A DNA stretch of 64,000 nucleotides from an uncultured Sphingobacterium sp. (GCA_964516035.1 CAZFAE010000003.1:590-64589); one strand, 5' to 3'; shown: positions 41,001 through 50,943, numbered from the stretch's first letter. Program-made: numbers and translations. The notes: generated by a model not told the origin, from the letters alone.

Positions 41001-41196
41001 CACCAACATACATGATGTCGGGATTGTTTTCTACCGCAGCAATTGCCGTTACCCTGCCGCTCATACTGCCTGGGCCAATGTTGCGGGGTTTCATGTTTTT
41101 GAATAAGCTGAGGTCTACCTGCTGTGCACGGCTTTGGGCAGCGCAAAGGCTGCAAGCGGCTAAAATAAGGGTAAATGCTTTGTAAAATCTGTTCAT
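38029..41196 (-). CDS. Secreted BNR/Asp-box repeat, sortilin/VPS10-type protein, paralog 2
   Basis: 1055 aa with a signal peptide. Colinear with 29998..33117 (for example SENGGTTWKS, SIDGGRSWKC, STDGGETWSK, TLDGGKNWTK). Confidence 0.85.
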   Translation of the reverse strand: MNRFYKAFTLILAACSLCAAQSRAQQVDLSLFKNMKPRNIGPGSMSGRVTAIAAVENNPDIMYVGAASGGVWKSENGGTTWKSIFDANPTINIGSIAVNQNNPSIVWVGTGEGNPRNSINLGQGIYKSIDGGRSWKCMGLEKSIAIHRILLDPQNPQVVYAGVLGNPFAAHPERGVFKSTDGGETWSKILYTNDLSGVGDMVMDPSNPNKILVNMWQMKRTSYDFKSGGPGSGFYMTLDGGKNWTKLNKSNGLPEGDLGRIGIAIAASNPNRMYAMVESSKNALYRSEDGGFNWKTVNEDPTWVNNRPFYFQDIAIDPQNENRLYNIYQMVSMSEDGGKSFEVIIPYSGVHPDHHAFWINPKNPSFIIDGNDGGIAISQDRGKKWTYVESLPLGQFYHVNVDNEMPYNVYGGLQDNGSWIGPAYVWREGGIRNAYWQTVLGGDGFDVTPDPENSRYGYAMSQGGALARYDKQTGFTYGIRPPAPDLKTRLRFNWNAAFAQSPTNKNTIYYGSQFVHKSTDKGITWEIISGDLTLNNPEQQKQEQSGGLTIDVTAAENHNTILTIAPSSLNSEVIWVGTDDGNVQLSRDGGKTWTNLTPKITGLPKESWIPQIQASRYNAAEAWVVANNYRQGDMAPYVFRTKDFGKTWERILSDKNVKGYALSILQDPVEPRLVFAGTENGLWLSFDEGKNWQQWKNEYPSVSTMDLAIQEREADLVMGTFGRGIWVLDDIRPLRKIAAQPLKDFMVFDAAPAIDVQGTLAPVGVEFAGDATYEATNRSFGRAKISFLQKPSTALKATNKAAKDTLTAKIYNDQQKLIRTLKLAKIDTGLNYLDWGLEEKGIRYPGQGSGRGGRAASAEPGGYTALPGKYKVVLYYGNAKDSTSVEIQPDPRLPYSNEIAIAKRTQLDRLNQTIEKLNQATERLDEANGIAEKVNAQLNGLDTKEAKELLKSVKAQQDSIKKIKEILFGKRLEKQGYGRLYQLTALTKINEARGALTAKPMVPNAQDINTIVQAEELTKVFVGRVNGYFTTDWAAFQKKVEETKINLFKTYTPIQ

Positions 41197-41361
41197 GCGG
41201 ATTGGTTTAAAAAGGATAGGAATCTGCTAATTAATGATTTATGATTATAAAGTAATGATACAGAATTTTATAATTATTGGCGATGCCCACGACAAAAATT
41301 TGTGTCACAATTTTGTTGGTGAATAAAAAATATAGCTTTATGAAATCCGGCAAAATTTTTG

Positions 41362-41444
41362 CGTCATCTCGAACGAGTGATTACGAGGAGAAATCTCTAT
41401 TGATTAAAAGATTTCTCATCCAATAAATTGGGGTTCGAAATGGC
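41362..41444. repeat. Nested palindromic intergenic repeat, copy B
   Basis: cgtcatctcgaa ... gagaaatct-(12 nt)-agatttctc ... gttcgaaatggc. Inner arms are identical to copy A. Confidence 0.75.
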
Positions 41445-41556
41445 AGCAGATCCTAAACTACTGCTCCATCTTTCGACGGACTCAAGATGACTGAATACTC
41501 CGGACTTTTAACTCAAAACTTATTTCGTATTTTAGCAGCTTATTATACGTATAAAC

Positions 41557-42990
41557 ATGAAAAGAACTAAGATTAAGGCGCTGTTAAACGAAACTACTTT
41601 TGGAAACGAAGTATTGGTGATGGGTTGGGTAAAAACTTTCCGGAATAACCAGTTTATTGCCATTAATGATGGTTCTAGCATTCAAAATATTCAGGCAGTT
41701 GTAGATTTTAACGCTTTTGATGAGGCTTTGTTAAAAAGATTAACCACTGGCGCTGCAATTGCGCTAACCGGGACTTTAATTGAATCTTTAGGTAAAGGCC
41801 AGCGGGTGGAAGTTAAGGTTAAAAGTTTAGAGATTTTGGGAGATAGTGATGCAGAGAAATTTCCATTACAGCCTAAAAAACATAGCCTAGAGTTTTTACG
41901 CGAAATTGCGCATTTGCGTATGCGTACCACTACGTTTAATGCGGTTTTTACCGTCCGCCATGCTTTGGCTTTTGCGGTTCATCAGTTTTTTAATGAGAAA
42001 GGTTTTTTATACCTGCATACGCCTATCATTACCGCTTCGGATGCCGAGGGTGCGGGCGAAACTTTTAGAGTTTCGACCATTGATTTTGATTCGGTTCCAC
42101 GTAATGAAGATGGTTCTGTAAATTATAAGGAAGATTTTTTTGGTAAGGCTACCAACCTGACTGTTTCTGGTCAGTTGGAAGGCGAATTGGCTGCCATGGC
42201 TTTGGGCGATGTGTACACTTTTGGCCCTACTTTTAGAGCCGAAAACTCGAACACTACCCGCCATTTAGCAGAATTTTGGATGATTGAGCCCGAAATGGCT
42301 TTTTATGATTTGGAAGGCAATATGGATTTGGCTGAGGAGCTGATGAAATATGTAATTAAATATGCTTTAAACACTTGCCCGGATGAACTGGAGTTTTTGA
42401 GCAACCGTTTGCTGGAAGAAGAGAAGCAGAAGCCACAGCAAGAGCGTTCTGAAATGGATTTATTAGCCAAGCTGAACTTTTGTTTAGCCAATAATTTTGA
42501 GCGCATTACGTATACCGAAGCGATTGATATTTTAAAGCAATCTAAACCCAACCAGAAAAAACAATTCAAATATTTAATTGAAAGCTGGGGTGCCGATTTA
42601 CAATCGGAACACGAACGTTATTTGGTAGAAAAACATTTCAAGAAACCGGTTATTTTAACCGATTATCCGAAAGAAATTAAGGCTTTTTACATGCGCCAAA
42701 ACGACGATGGCAAAACGGTTAGAGCCATGGATATTTTATTCCCGGGTATTGGCGAAATGGTTGGCGGTTCTCAGCGTGAAGAACGTTTAGAGAAATTGGA
42801 ACAACGCATGGCCGAGATGCACATTCCGGCCGAAGAAATGTCGTGGTACCTGGATACCCGCCGTTTTGGCTCGGCACCACATGCCGGATTTGGCCTTGGT
42901 TTTGAACGCTTGGTTTTGTTCGTTACCGGTATGACCAATATCCGCGATGTGATTCCTTTCCCAAGAACGCCTAAAAACGCAGAGTTTTAA
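41557..42990 (+). CDS. asnS: Asparagine--tRNA ligase
   Basis: 477 aa. OB-fold N-terminus, class II motifs '[21 protein letters not shown]' and '[10 protein letters not shown]'. Confidence 0.93.
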   Translation: MKRTKIKALLNETTFGNEVLVMGWVKTFRNNQFIAINDGSSIQNIQAVVDFNAFDEALLKRLTTGAAIALTGTLIESLGKGQRVEVKVKSLEILGDSDAEKFPLQPKKHSLEFLREIAHLRMRTTTFNAVFTVRHALAFAVHQFFNEKGFLYLHTPIITASDAEGAGETFRVSTIDFDSVPRNEDGSVNYKEDFFGKATNLTVSGQLEGELAAMALGDVYTFGPTFRAENSNTTRHLAEFWMIEPEMAFYDLEGNMDLAEELMKYVIKYALNTCPDELEFLSNRLLEEEKQKPQQERSEMDLLAKLNFCLANNFERITYTEAIDILKQSKPNQKKQFKYLIESWGADLQSEHERYLVEKHFKKPVILTDYPKEIKAFYMRQNDDGKTVRAMDILFPGIGEMVGGSQREERLEKLEQRMAEMHIPAEEMSWYLDTRRFGSAPHAGFGLGFERLVLFVTGMTNIRDVIPFPRTPKNAEF

Positions 42991-42994
42991 TAAA

Positions 42995-44044
42995 TCATCC
43001 GCCTTGTTTGGGCGTGTTGCTGCCGTTTTGCAGCAAACTGCTTTCATACAATTTTACCTGATTTCCTTTGGGAGCTACCACTATGGCATAATTCCACCAG
43101 TTTTCGGTAGCTGCTTTTAATTGATCTGCTAAATAGTAACGGTTTTTGCCTTTTAACTCATTGCTCACTGGGTTTTTCGCTCCGTTAGAATTAGGGTCGT
43201 AAACTTCGAGATATAATTTACCATCTACCAGTTTATAGCCTTTTACAACGATATAATGGCCGGTGCCTTTTTTGGTAGAAACATAAAATTTATCGGTTTG
43301 CTGTTTTGAATTGGCATTATAGTTTACATAAAACATATCCAAACATAAAATAACGAGGTAATCTCTATCAATACAATTTCGGATATTTGCATTAAAATTG
43401 GTTAGGCTTACCATCATGCTATTAACCTCTGCAGCCTGAAGATATTCCATTACATTAGAAGTGTACCAGCCTCCGCCTTTTGGCAAGATGGCATTTCTGG
43501 CTTCGGTAACCGTTTTATCAAATTTAGGATCGGCCCATTGGGCAGCCATGGTACTTACTGCCGGGCCGCAGTTTACTCCAGAAAAAGTACCGCTACCCTG
43601 CTGTTGCTGATAATACTCATAATTTCTATCCAGGCTTTTAGACTCGCTAACATGAGTCCCCAAACCCAATGCTTCGGATTCTGTTTTAACAATTACTGTC
43701 CAGTTTGTACTAGATGAATTGTCGGAAGATTTTAAGGTGAGCTGAACCGGAGCGCTGAAATTACTTACCTGCTTCTGGTTTACAATAAGTTGGCTATTCA
43801 ATAAACCAGATTGTCCGGAACCGGAAAAGAAGGCGGTTAAAACAGCTTTGTTACTGTCTTGTGGAATAACAATTTGTAACGATTTGGCATTCTCATCTTT
43901 GATGACGGGATACAATTCGCCAATGATCCCAAATTCAAATGGCTTACTTTTCAGGTCTAACGCAAGTCCCTCGTCTTTTTGACAAGAAAACAATTGTGCT
44001 AATACCGTAATGAAAAGTAAATACCGAAGTAAATACAATTTCAT
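42995..44044 (-). CDS. Lipoprotein with C-terminal C39-like (papain-fold) peptidase domain
   Basis: Lipobox LFSCQKDE. 'GVNCGPAVSTMAA' is the candidate Cys, 'GTGHYIVVKGY' the candidate His, followed by 'EVYDPNS'. This pattern is typical of Peptidase_C39_2-like domains. Confidence 0.55.
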   Translation of the reverse strand: MKLYLLRYLLFITVLAQLFSCQKDEGLALDLKSKPFEFGIIGELYPVIKDENAKSLQIVIPQDSNKAVLTAFFSGSGQSGLLNSQLIVNQKQVSNFSAPVQLTLKSSDNSSSTNWTVIVKTESEALGLGTHVSESKSLDRNYEYYQQQQGSGTFSGVNCGPAVSTMAAQWADPKFDKTVTEARNAILPKGGGWYTSNVMEYLQAAEVNSMMVSLTNFNANIRNCIDRDYLVILCLDMFYVNYNANSKQQTDKFYVSTKKGTGHYIVVKGYKLVDGKLYLEVYDPNSNGAKNPVSNELKGKNRYYLADQLKAATENWWNYAIVVAPKGNQVKLYESSLLQNGSNTPKQGG

Positions 44045-44227
44045 ACTAATTTTCGTTTTGGTGTGTGTGTGATAGCCGGGCGGCTATATTTCAATTCGAG
44101 GGGAAAATTATATTAACTGTAAGTTATTCAATAATATATTGATATAATATTACAATAACTAACTATTAGTTATAAAATACATACATTAGGAAAATATTTG
44201 CCTTAATAGGGATTTATTCCTTTTCTT

Positions 44228-44235
44228 TATCTTTG
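44228..44235 (+). promoter_or_regulatory. Candidate -7 promoter element TATCTTTG (TAnnTTTG) for nhaA
   Basis: Motif match 10 nt upstream of the nhaA ATG. The leader would be very short. Confidence 0.3.
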
Positions 44236-44245
44236 AACTATACAC

Positions 44246-45424
44246 ATGGCTAAACTCATTAATCTCAAACCCTTTCGCGATTTCTTCCAATCGGGACAAA
44301 TCGGAGGCATCATCCTGATATTTTGCGTAATTGTTTCACTCATTATCGCCAACTCTTCATGGGGCAGCGGTTTTGAGCAATTATTAGCCACAGAATGGGG
44401 GTATCAATCGGTTGCTGTTCAGCTCCGTTATTCCAATTCGCTTTGGATTAATGATGGCCTAATGGCTATATTTTTCCTTTTGGTTGGATTGGAAATTAAG
44501 CGTGAATTGCTAGAAGGAGAACTTTCTTCATTAAAAAAGGCGGCCATGCCTGTATTTGCTGCTTTGGGCGGGATGCTGGTTCCTGCATTGATTTACTTTG
44601 CATTTAATTCTGGCGAAGCCACTAAAAGCGGTTGGGGTATTCCCATGGCTACTGATATTGCTTTTGCATTAGGAATTATCTCTCTACTGGGAAAAAGGGT
44701 TCCGGCTTCTCTCAAAATTTTCTTGGCTGCACTTGCCATTGTAGATGATTTGGGCGCTATTTTAGTCATCGCCTTATTTTATACCAATGAATTGCATTGG
44801 GATTACCTCGCCTATTCTGGCGGAATTTTATTGGTTCTAGCAGCCTTGAATTATTTCGGGGTTAAACGACTAATATTTTATATCCTTCCGGGGATTGCTT
44901 TATGGTATTGCGTACACCATTCGGGTATTCATGCCACGGTGGCGGGCGTTTTGCTGGCATTTTGCATCCCCACAAATCCGGTAAAAGAAACTTCTCCATT
45001 AGAGAAACTTGAGCACCTGTTGCTTAAACCTGTCAATTTTATCATCATGCCGATATTTGCATTGGCCAATACCAATATTCGTTTCGAAAGCGGAATGGTT
45101 GAAGGTTTAGCAAGTCCGCTGGGCCTGGGTATTATTCTGGGTTTGGTTTTGGGTAAACCCCTAGGCGTGATGGCTTTTTCCTGGCTATCGGTAAAAATGG
45201 GCTGGAGTTCGCTCCCCTCCCGTGCCAATTGGAAACATCTTGCCGGACTGGGCATGCTGGCCGGTATCGGTTTTACCATGTCTATATTTATAGCTTTATT
45301 ATCATTTAGCAATCCAGAGTTTAAGGTGGAGGCTAAATTTGCTATCCTAATTGCCTCAATTATTGCCGGAGCGCTGGGCTATTTCTTTCTTAATCAGTTG
45401 AATAACAAACAGAAGCTTAATTAG
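44246..45424 (+). CDS. nhaA: Na+/H+ antiporter NhaA
   Basis: 392 aa. 'WINDGLMAIFFLLVGLEIKRE' and 'ALAIVDDLGAI' (the DD pair) are signatures. Confidence 0.93.
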   Translation: MAKLINLKPFRDFFQSGQIGGIILIFCVIVSLIIANSSWGSGFEQLLATEWGYQSVAVQLRYSNSLWINDGLMAIFFLLVGLEIKRELLEGELSSLKKAAMPVFAALGGMLVPALIYFAFNSGEATKSGWGIPMATDIAFALGIISLLGKRVPASLKIFLAALAIVDDLGAILVIALFYTNELHWDYLAYSGGILLVLAALNYFGVKRLIFYILPGIALWYCVHHSGIHATVAGVLLAFCIPTNPVKETSPLEKLEHLLLKPVNFIIMPIFALANTNIRFESGMVEGLASPLGLGIILGLVLGKPLGVMAFSWLSVKMGWSSLPSRANWKHLAGLGMLAGIGFTMSIFIALLSFSNPEFKVEAKFAILIASIIAGALGYFFLNQLNNKQKLN

Positions 45425-45468
45425 TAAAACCTTCTGTAACCTTTACGGTTATCTTCTAAAAAGAAAAT

Positions 45469-46329
45469 ATGGAAGATAAACCCAAAGCATTCCCTCCACA
45501 GGAACAGGCTAAACAACCCGGCTTGGAACATATCATGGCTCCCCAACCCGAATTTATCAGACCCGGCTATCTCTCTGCCCGAAAATTAAAAGGTAAAAAA
45601 GCACTCATTAGCGGAGGCGATAGCGGTATTGGCCGTGCTATTGCCGTACATTTTGCGCACGAAGGCGCCGATGTGGCCATTATTTATTTAAAAGAGGATA
45701 AAGATGCCGAAGAAACCAGAAAACTGGTGGAAGAAACCGGGCAGCGATGCCTGTTAATTAAAGGGGATGTAAGCGATGCCTCATTTTGTAAAGAAGCGGT
45801 TAAAAAAACGGAAGATGAACTGTTTGGCTTAAATATTTTGGTAAATAATGCCGCTAAACAGTTTGTTAAAGAAACAATTCAGGAAATTGATGAGGTGCAG
45901 CTGGATGAAACTTTTAAAACCAATATTTATCCCTATTTCTATTTGGCTATTGCGGCGCTAGATTATCTCAAACCCGGCGATAGCATTATCAATACTTCTT
46001 CGGTTACGGCTTATCGCGGTAGCACACATTTAATAGATTATTCGGCTACAAAAGGCGCCATTATTACGTTTACGCGTTCGTTGAGCCAGAATTTGGCAAA
46101 ACAAAATATCCGGGTAAATGCGGTAGCGCCCGGTCCTATCTGGACACCCTTAATTCCGGCCAGCTTTCCGGCTGATGAAGTCACAGAGTTTGGGCAAAAA
46201 ACGCCGATGGGCCGGGCGGGGCAACCTTCTGAAGTGGCTCCGGCTTATGTATTTTTAGCTTCTGAAGACGCTTCTTACATTACCGGGCAGGTAATTCATG
46301 TAAACGGCGGCGAAATGGTAGATAGCTAA
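45469..46329 (+). CDS. SDR-family oxidoreductase (YhdF/YghA, general-stress-protein-39-like)
   Basis: 'ALISGGDSGIGRA', 'NNAA', 'YSATKGA'. Confidence 0.85.
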   Translation: MEDKPKAFPPQEQAKQPGLEHIMAPQPEFIRPGYLSARKLKGKKALISGGDSGIGRAIAVHFAHEGADVAIIYLKEDKDAEETRKLVEETGQRCLLIKGDVSDASFCKEAVKKTEDELFGLNILVNNAAKQFVKETIQEIDEVQLDETFKTNIYPYFYLAIAALDYLKPGDSIINTSSVTAYRGSTHLIDYSATKGAIITFTRSLSQNLAKQNIRVNAVAPGPIWTPLIPASFPADEVTEFGQKTPMGRAGQPSEVAPAYVFLASEDASYITGQVIHVNGGEMVDS

Positions 46330-46330
46330 A

Positions 46331-47176
46331 TTAATGGCTAGCCATGAAATTGATGATTTCGGTATAAAGCGAATTGGCTCCAAAAATCATTTGGCTAATC
46401 ATCGGAACATGTGTTTTTTTAGGGATGATTTTATAAGTTACCGCTTTATTCACCTCCGTCAGTTTTTCATACAATCGTTTCGATTGGATTTTTATGGCCG
46501 GATAAGTTTCGCCTCCTACCAAAATGAGGTAAGGGTTTTTAATTTGGTCGAAATAAGTTAAAGGAGAACCTTTTTTCCAGTTTTCAGGGTTTTCGGTAAA
46601 GGTTTTGAGAAAGCTTTTAGTCTGCACATTATCTTCAGCTTTTTGCAGATATTCTTCCATATCTAAACCAAAACCATCGTTTAAAATAATTCCTTTTAAA
46701 GGATTTGCGATTTGCTGTTCGGCAAAAAAGCGATTGTCTACATCGATTAAGGCAGCCAAATGTCCGCCTGCAGAATGGCCCATGGCAAAAATACGCTCCG
46801 GATTACCGCCATAATTTGCCACCGAATCTTTTACCCATTTTATGGCTAAGGCACTGGCCGAAGCCATTTCTTCGTAACCTGCATCGGGAGCTAAAGGATA
46901 ATTGATAATTACCGTGACTACATTTTTGCTGGCAAAATTGCGGCCCATCCACCAATAGATTTCTTTTTTACCGCTATCCCACGAACCACCATGGATAAAA
47001 ACCAATACGTCTTTAGCTTGGCTGATATCTTTTGGGTAATAAATATCCAGCTGTTTACGTACAGAGTTGCTGCCGACCTGGTAAACCACGTCTTTTTTAA
47101 TTTTAATAGAAACGGCTAGCACAGAAGTCAAGCTTGAAATATAGAAAAGCATCAGCAGAGTAATTTTGAGTTTCAT
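46331..47176 (-). CDS. Secreted alpha/beta hydrolase (esterase/lipase-like)
   Basis: Signal peptide, 'FIHGGSW' oxyanion motif, 'GHSAGG' nucleophile elbow. Confidence 0.8.
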   Translation of the reverse strand: MKLKITLLMLFYISSLTSVLAVSIKIKKDVVYQVGSNSVRKQLDIYYPKDISQAKDVLVFIHGGSWDSGKKEIYWWMGRNFASKNVVTVIINYPLAPDAGYEEMASASALAIKWVKDSVANYGGNPERIFAMGHSAGGHLAALIDVDNRFFAEQQIANPLKGIILNDGFGLDMEEYLQKAEDNVQTKSFLKTFTENPENWKKGSPLTYFDQIKNPYLILVGGETYPAIKIQSKRLYEKLTEVNKAVTYKIIPKKTHVPMISQMIFGANSLYTEIINFMASH

Positions 47177-47994
47177 CGAATTAATGGGTCTTTTTCTTTT
47201 GTAAAATGATTATAAACTAATTTATCTAAAAGGCCTGGAAGCCATTTGCTTAAAAATACGGTCAATTTGCCTTGTCCCGTCATAATCAGGGTGCGTTTTC
47301 TTTGTATCACGCCTTCGGCGATGATTTCGGCCACCTGTTCAGACGACATCATTTCCTCTTCGTTCATACTGGTTTCGCCTTGGGCAGAGCCATCTTTTAC
47401 CAAAGCTACTTTACGGATATTAGAAGCGGTAAATCCTGGCGAAGCCAGCATTACATGTAAACCTGTTTTCAGATTTTCTACTCTTAAGGCCTCTAAAAAT
47501 CCATTCATGGCAAATTTAGAAGAAGAATAACCGGTACGGCCCGGCAAACCTTTATAGCCGGCAATAGAAGACACGCCCACCACCGAGCCCTGATTTTTCA
47601 ACAATTCGGGCAGGGCAAACTTGGTGCAATACACTGTGCCCCAAAAATTCACATCCATCAGGTTTTTAATCACCACAAGGTCTAAATCTTTAAATAAAGC
47701 CCGCATAGAAATACCGGCATTGTTGATCAACACATCAATACGGCCAAAAGTGGCAATGGCTTGATTCATCAAGGCTTCACAATCGCTTTCTTTGGCTACA
47801 TCGCAGGCTACGGCTAAGGCTTTAATGCCGTATTCCTTCTCTAAAGCTTCGGTCAATTCGCATAAAACCACATATTGGCGAGCGGCTAAAACCACATTGG
47901 CGCCACGTTTGGCAAAAGATTCGGCACAGGCCCGGCCAATGCCCGAGGAGGCGCCGGTGATGACAACTGTTTTGTTTTTTAAATCCATGAACAC
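47173..47994 (-). CDS. SDR-family oxidoreductase
   Basis: 'VITGASSGIGRA', 'NNAG', 'YSSSKFA'. Confidence 0.85.
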   Translation of the reverse strand: MFMDLKNKTVVITGASSGIGRACAESFAKRGANVVLAARQYVVLCELTEALEKEYGIKALAVACDVAKESDCEALMNQAIATFGRIDVLINNAGISMRALFKDLDLVVIKNLMDVNFWGTVYCTKFALPELLKNQGSVVGVSSIAGYKGLPGRTGYSSSKFAMNGFLEALRVENLKTGLHVMLASPGFTASNIRKVALVKDGSAQGETSMNEEEMMSSEQVAEIIAEGVIQRKRTLIMTGQGKLTVFLSKWLPGLLDKLVYNHFTKEKDPLIR

Positions 47995-48612
47995 TTATTT
48001 TAAAAGCGAATTTTCGTACGGAATGCGGGTAGCAATAGAGCGCCCCAGCGTAATTTCATCTACATATTCCAGTTCACCGCCAAAGGCAATGCCACGGGCA
48101 ATGGTGGAAATTTGTAGCGGTAAATCTTTCAATTTCTTATACAGGAAAAATATCGTGGTGTCCCCTTCCATGGTAGCGCTAAGGGCCAGAATTACTTCTT
48201 TAATTTCACCGCTTTGTACTCTTTCTACCAATTTATCAATGTTTAAATCAGATGGACCGATGCCGTCCATGGGCGAAATTAATCCGCCCAAAACATGGTA
48301 AACACCCTGATATTGCGCTGTATTTTCAATTGCCATCACATCGCGGGTATCTTCTACCACACAAACCAGCGAATGGTCTCTTTTGTTTCCAGAGCAAATT
48401 TCACAAACCAAATGGTCTGAAATATTTTTACAGGTTTCGCAAAAGCGGATATCCTGTTTCAGCCTGTTTAAGGTTTCGGTAAATTTCTCAACGTCAGCCA
48501 AAGGCTGATTTAATAAATGTAAAACCAGTCGTAATGCGGTACGCTGGCCTACTCCGGGTAATTTTGCAAATTCATGTACTGCGTTCTCGAGCAGTTTAGA
48601 AGAAAAATTCAT
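47995..48612 (-). CDS. recR: Recombination protein RecR
   Basis: '[12 protein letters not shown]' HhH, C4 zinc finger [16 protein letters not shown], Toprim region. Confidence 0.93.
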   Translation of the reverse strand: MNFSSKLLENAVHEFAKLPGVGQRTALRLVLHLLNQPLADVEKFTETLNRLKQDIRFCETCKNISDHLVCEICSGNKRDHSLVCVVEDTRDVMAIENTAQYQGVYHVLGGLISPMDGIGPSDLNIDKLVERVQSGEIKEVILALSATMEGDTTIFFLYKKLKDLPLQISTIARGIAFGGELEYVDEITLGRSIATRIPYENSLLK

Positions 48613-48697
48613 TGCGCTAATTTAGCTTTTAATCAGGGTATTTATGCGTTTAAAAACTTAATTTACTACATTTATAAGGTTAACCAACTAAATATTT

Positions 48698-50203
48698 ATG
48701 GCCCCAGCCGTACTCTTAACATTCATCATCGGATATTTTCTGCTCTTAATCGCAGTTTCTTATTTCACATCCAGAAATTCTTCAGATAACGACACCTTTT
48801 TTCTGGCCAACCGGAACTCCAAATGGTATTTAGTAGCCTTTGGCATGATAGGCACTTCTCTATCTGGGGTAACTTTTATTTCTGTACCCGGAAAAGTGGG
48901 CGCCCTTAGCGGAGACCAATTTCAGTACTTTCAATTTGTGCTGGGAAATGCCATCGGGTTCATCCTGATTGCCACTATTTTATTGCCGCTGTATTACCGC
49001 ATGCAACTCACTTCTATTTACAGTTATATTGAGCAGCGGTTGGGTTTTTACAGTTATAAAACAGCGGCCGGTATCTTTTTAATTAGCCGAACTATCGGTT
49101 CTGCCTTCCGTTTGTATTTGGTGGCCATTGTTTTGCAACGCTTTATTTTCGATGCTTACGGAATTCCGTTTTGGGTAACCGTATTTCTTTCGCTAGTATT
49201 AATTTGGTCGTACACCTTTAAAGGCGGCTTAAAAACCATCATCATTACCGATACCTTACAAACTGTATTCCTGGTTTTATCTGTGTTTTTAACCATTTAT
49301 TTTATCTGTTCAAGCCTGGACTTTTCCATCCCTCAGGCTTTTGAACAGGTTAAAAACAGCGGCTATTCACAGATTTTTTTCTGGGATGATTTTATGGGAA
49401 ATAAGTTCCATGCCCTCAAACAAATCGTTGGCGGCATATTCGTTACCCTGGCCATGGTGGGTTTAGACCAAGACTTAATGCAGAAAAATCTGAGCTGTAA
49501 AAACATCGGCGAAGCCCAAAAAAACATGTTCACTTTTACCGGCATTTTTGTAATTATCAACCTATTCTTTTTAAGTGTAGGTGCGCTATTGTACATTTAT
49601 GCCCAGCAAAATGGCATTGCCATTCCAACCGATGCAAGCGGTGCCATACGTACAGATTTCATTTTCCCTGAAATTGCATTAAATCACCTCACATTAATTC
49701 CGGCCATTATTTTTATGTTGGGCTTAACGGCAGCCACTTTTGCCACCACCGATTCGGCTTTAACCGCCTTAACCACTTCTTTTTGTGTAGATTTTTTAGG
49801 GATGGATAAAGCAGAAAACAAGGCCAAATCTGGGGCAGTAAAAACACGTCATTTGGTTCATATCGGATTTTCTGTCGCTTTATTCCTGGTCATCCTCTTA
49901 TTTAATTCGGTGAATAACAAAGCAGTGGTAAGTGCCATTTTTACGGTAGCTTCTTATACTTATGGACCACTTTTGGGTTTATATGGCTTTGGCTTAATCT
50001 TAAAAAAACGTGATTTAAGAGATAAATTGGTGCCATTTATCTGCCTTTTCTCGCCTGCTATCTGCTATTTCCTGAATTTGAATTCGAAAACATTACTAAA
50101 CGGATATATTTTCGACACCGAATTAATTCTCATCAACGGATTGATTACTTTTGCCGGCTTGTGTTTAATTAGCAAGCCGAGTACCAAACACAACCAATTT
50201 TAA
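48698..50203 (+). CDS. Sodium:solute symporter family transporter
   Basis: 501 aa, about 13 TM, with an SSF-like N-terminal 'FFLANRNSKWYLVAFGMIGTSLSGVTFISVPG'. Confidence 0.8.
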   Translation: MAPAVLLTFIIGYFLLLIAVSYFTSRNSSDNDTFFLANRNSKWYLVAFGMIGTSLSGVTFISVPGKVGALSGDQFQYFQFVLGNAIGFILIATILLPLYYRMQLTSIYSYIEQRLGFYSYKTAAGIFLISRTIGSAFRLYLVAIVLQRFIFDAYGIPFWVTVFLSLVLIWSYTFKGGLKTIIITDTLQTVFLVLSVFLTIYFICSSLDFSIPQAFEQVKNSGYSQIFFWDDFMGNKFHALKQIVGGIFVTLAMVGLDQDLMQKNLSCKNIGEAQKNMFTFTGIFVIINLFFLSVGALLYIYAQQNGIAIPTDASGAIRTDFIFPEIALNHLTLIPAIIFMLGLTAATFATTDSALTALTTSFCVDFLGMDKAENKAKSGAVKTRHLVHIGFSVALFLVILLFNSVNNKAVVSAIFTVASYTYGPLLGLYGFGLILKKRDLRDKLVPFICLFSPAICYFLNLNSKTLLNGYIFDTELILINGLITFAGLCLISKPSTKHNQF

Positions 50204-50227
50204 TTAGAAAAAAAACAAAATACCCCT

Positions 50228-50935
50228 ATGAGTAGTGAAGATAAAATAAGAAGTGCTTTTGAAAACAAAGACTGGCAAGAAATTAAGGTAACTGATTCTT
50301 GGCAAATCTTTAAAATCATGGCCGAATTTGTAGATGGATTTGAGAAATTAGCTCGAATTGGCCCTTGTGTATCCATTTTCGGTTCGGCACGCACCAAAAA
50401 TGAAAATCCTTATTATAAAATGGCCGAAGATTGTGCCAGATTGCTAACCGAACGTGGTTATGGTGTTATTTCTGGCGGTGGACCGGGTATTATGGAAGCT
50501 GCCAATAAAGGTGCTTACGAAGCCGGTGGTAAATCTGTGGGATTGAATATAGAATTGCCTTTTGAACAGTTCCACAATCGGTATATCGACCGCGATAAAT
50601 TATTGGAATTCGATTATTTCTTTGTCCGCAAAGTAATGTTCATGAAATATTCGCAAGGGTTTATTGTGTTACCCGGCGGTTTTGGCACGCTCGACGAAAT
50701 GTTTGAAGCCTTAACTTTAATTCAAACTGGTAAAATTGCCCGTTTCCCTATTGTTTTGGTAGGAAGTTCTTACTGGAGCGGATTAATGGATTGGGTTAAA
50801 CAAACCATGCTGCTTGGTGAGCATAACATCAACGAAGAAGATTTAAATCTATTCCGTGTGGTAGATACTGCCGATGAAGCTGCCGAACACATCTTCCGTT
50901 TCTACGATAAGTATGTATTGAAACCGAATTTCTAA
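50228..50935 (+). CDS. TIGR00730/LOG-family Rossmann-fold nucleotide phosphoribohydrolase, paralog A
   Basis: 'SGGGPGIMEAANKGA' and 'PGGFGTLDEMFE'. Confidence 0.85.
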   Translation: MSSEDKIRSAFENKDWQEIKVTDSWQIFKIMAEFVDGFEKLARIGPCVSIFGSARTKNENPYYKMAEDCARLLTERGYGVISGGGPGIMEAANKGAYEAGGKSVGLNIELPFEQFHNRYIDRDKLLEFDYFFVRKVMFMKYSQGFIVLPGGFGTLDEMFEALTLIQTGKIARFPIVLVGSSYWSGLMDWVKQTMLLGEHNINEEDLNLFRVVDTADEAAEHIFRFYDKYVLKPNF

Positions 50936-50943
50936 GAGTAGAG

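Noticed and set aside
44061-44071. (GT)5 dinucleotide run 17 nt upstream of the C39-like lipoprotein gene, considered as a phase-variation tract
   Set aside because: Five units is too short to argue for slipped-strand switching without population data. An adjacent small hairpin (atagcc-gggc-ggctat) is also unremarkable.
47792-48301. 169-aa plus-strand ORF crossing the SDR/recR junction
   Set aside because: It is antisense to two genes with clear catalytic motifs, so it is a shadow ORF.
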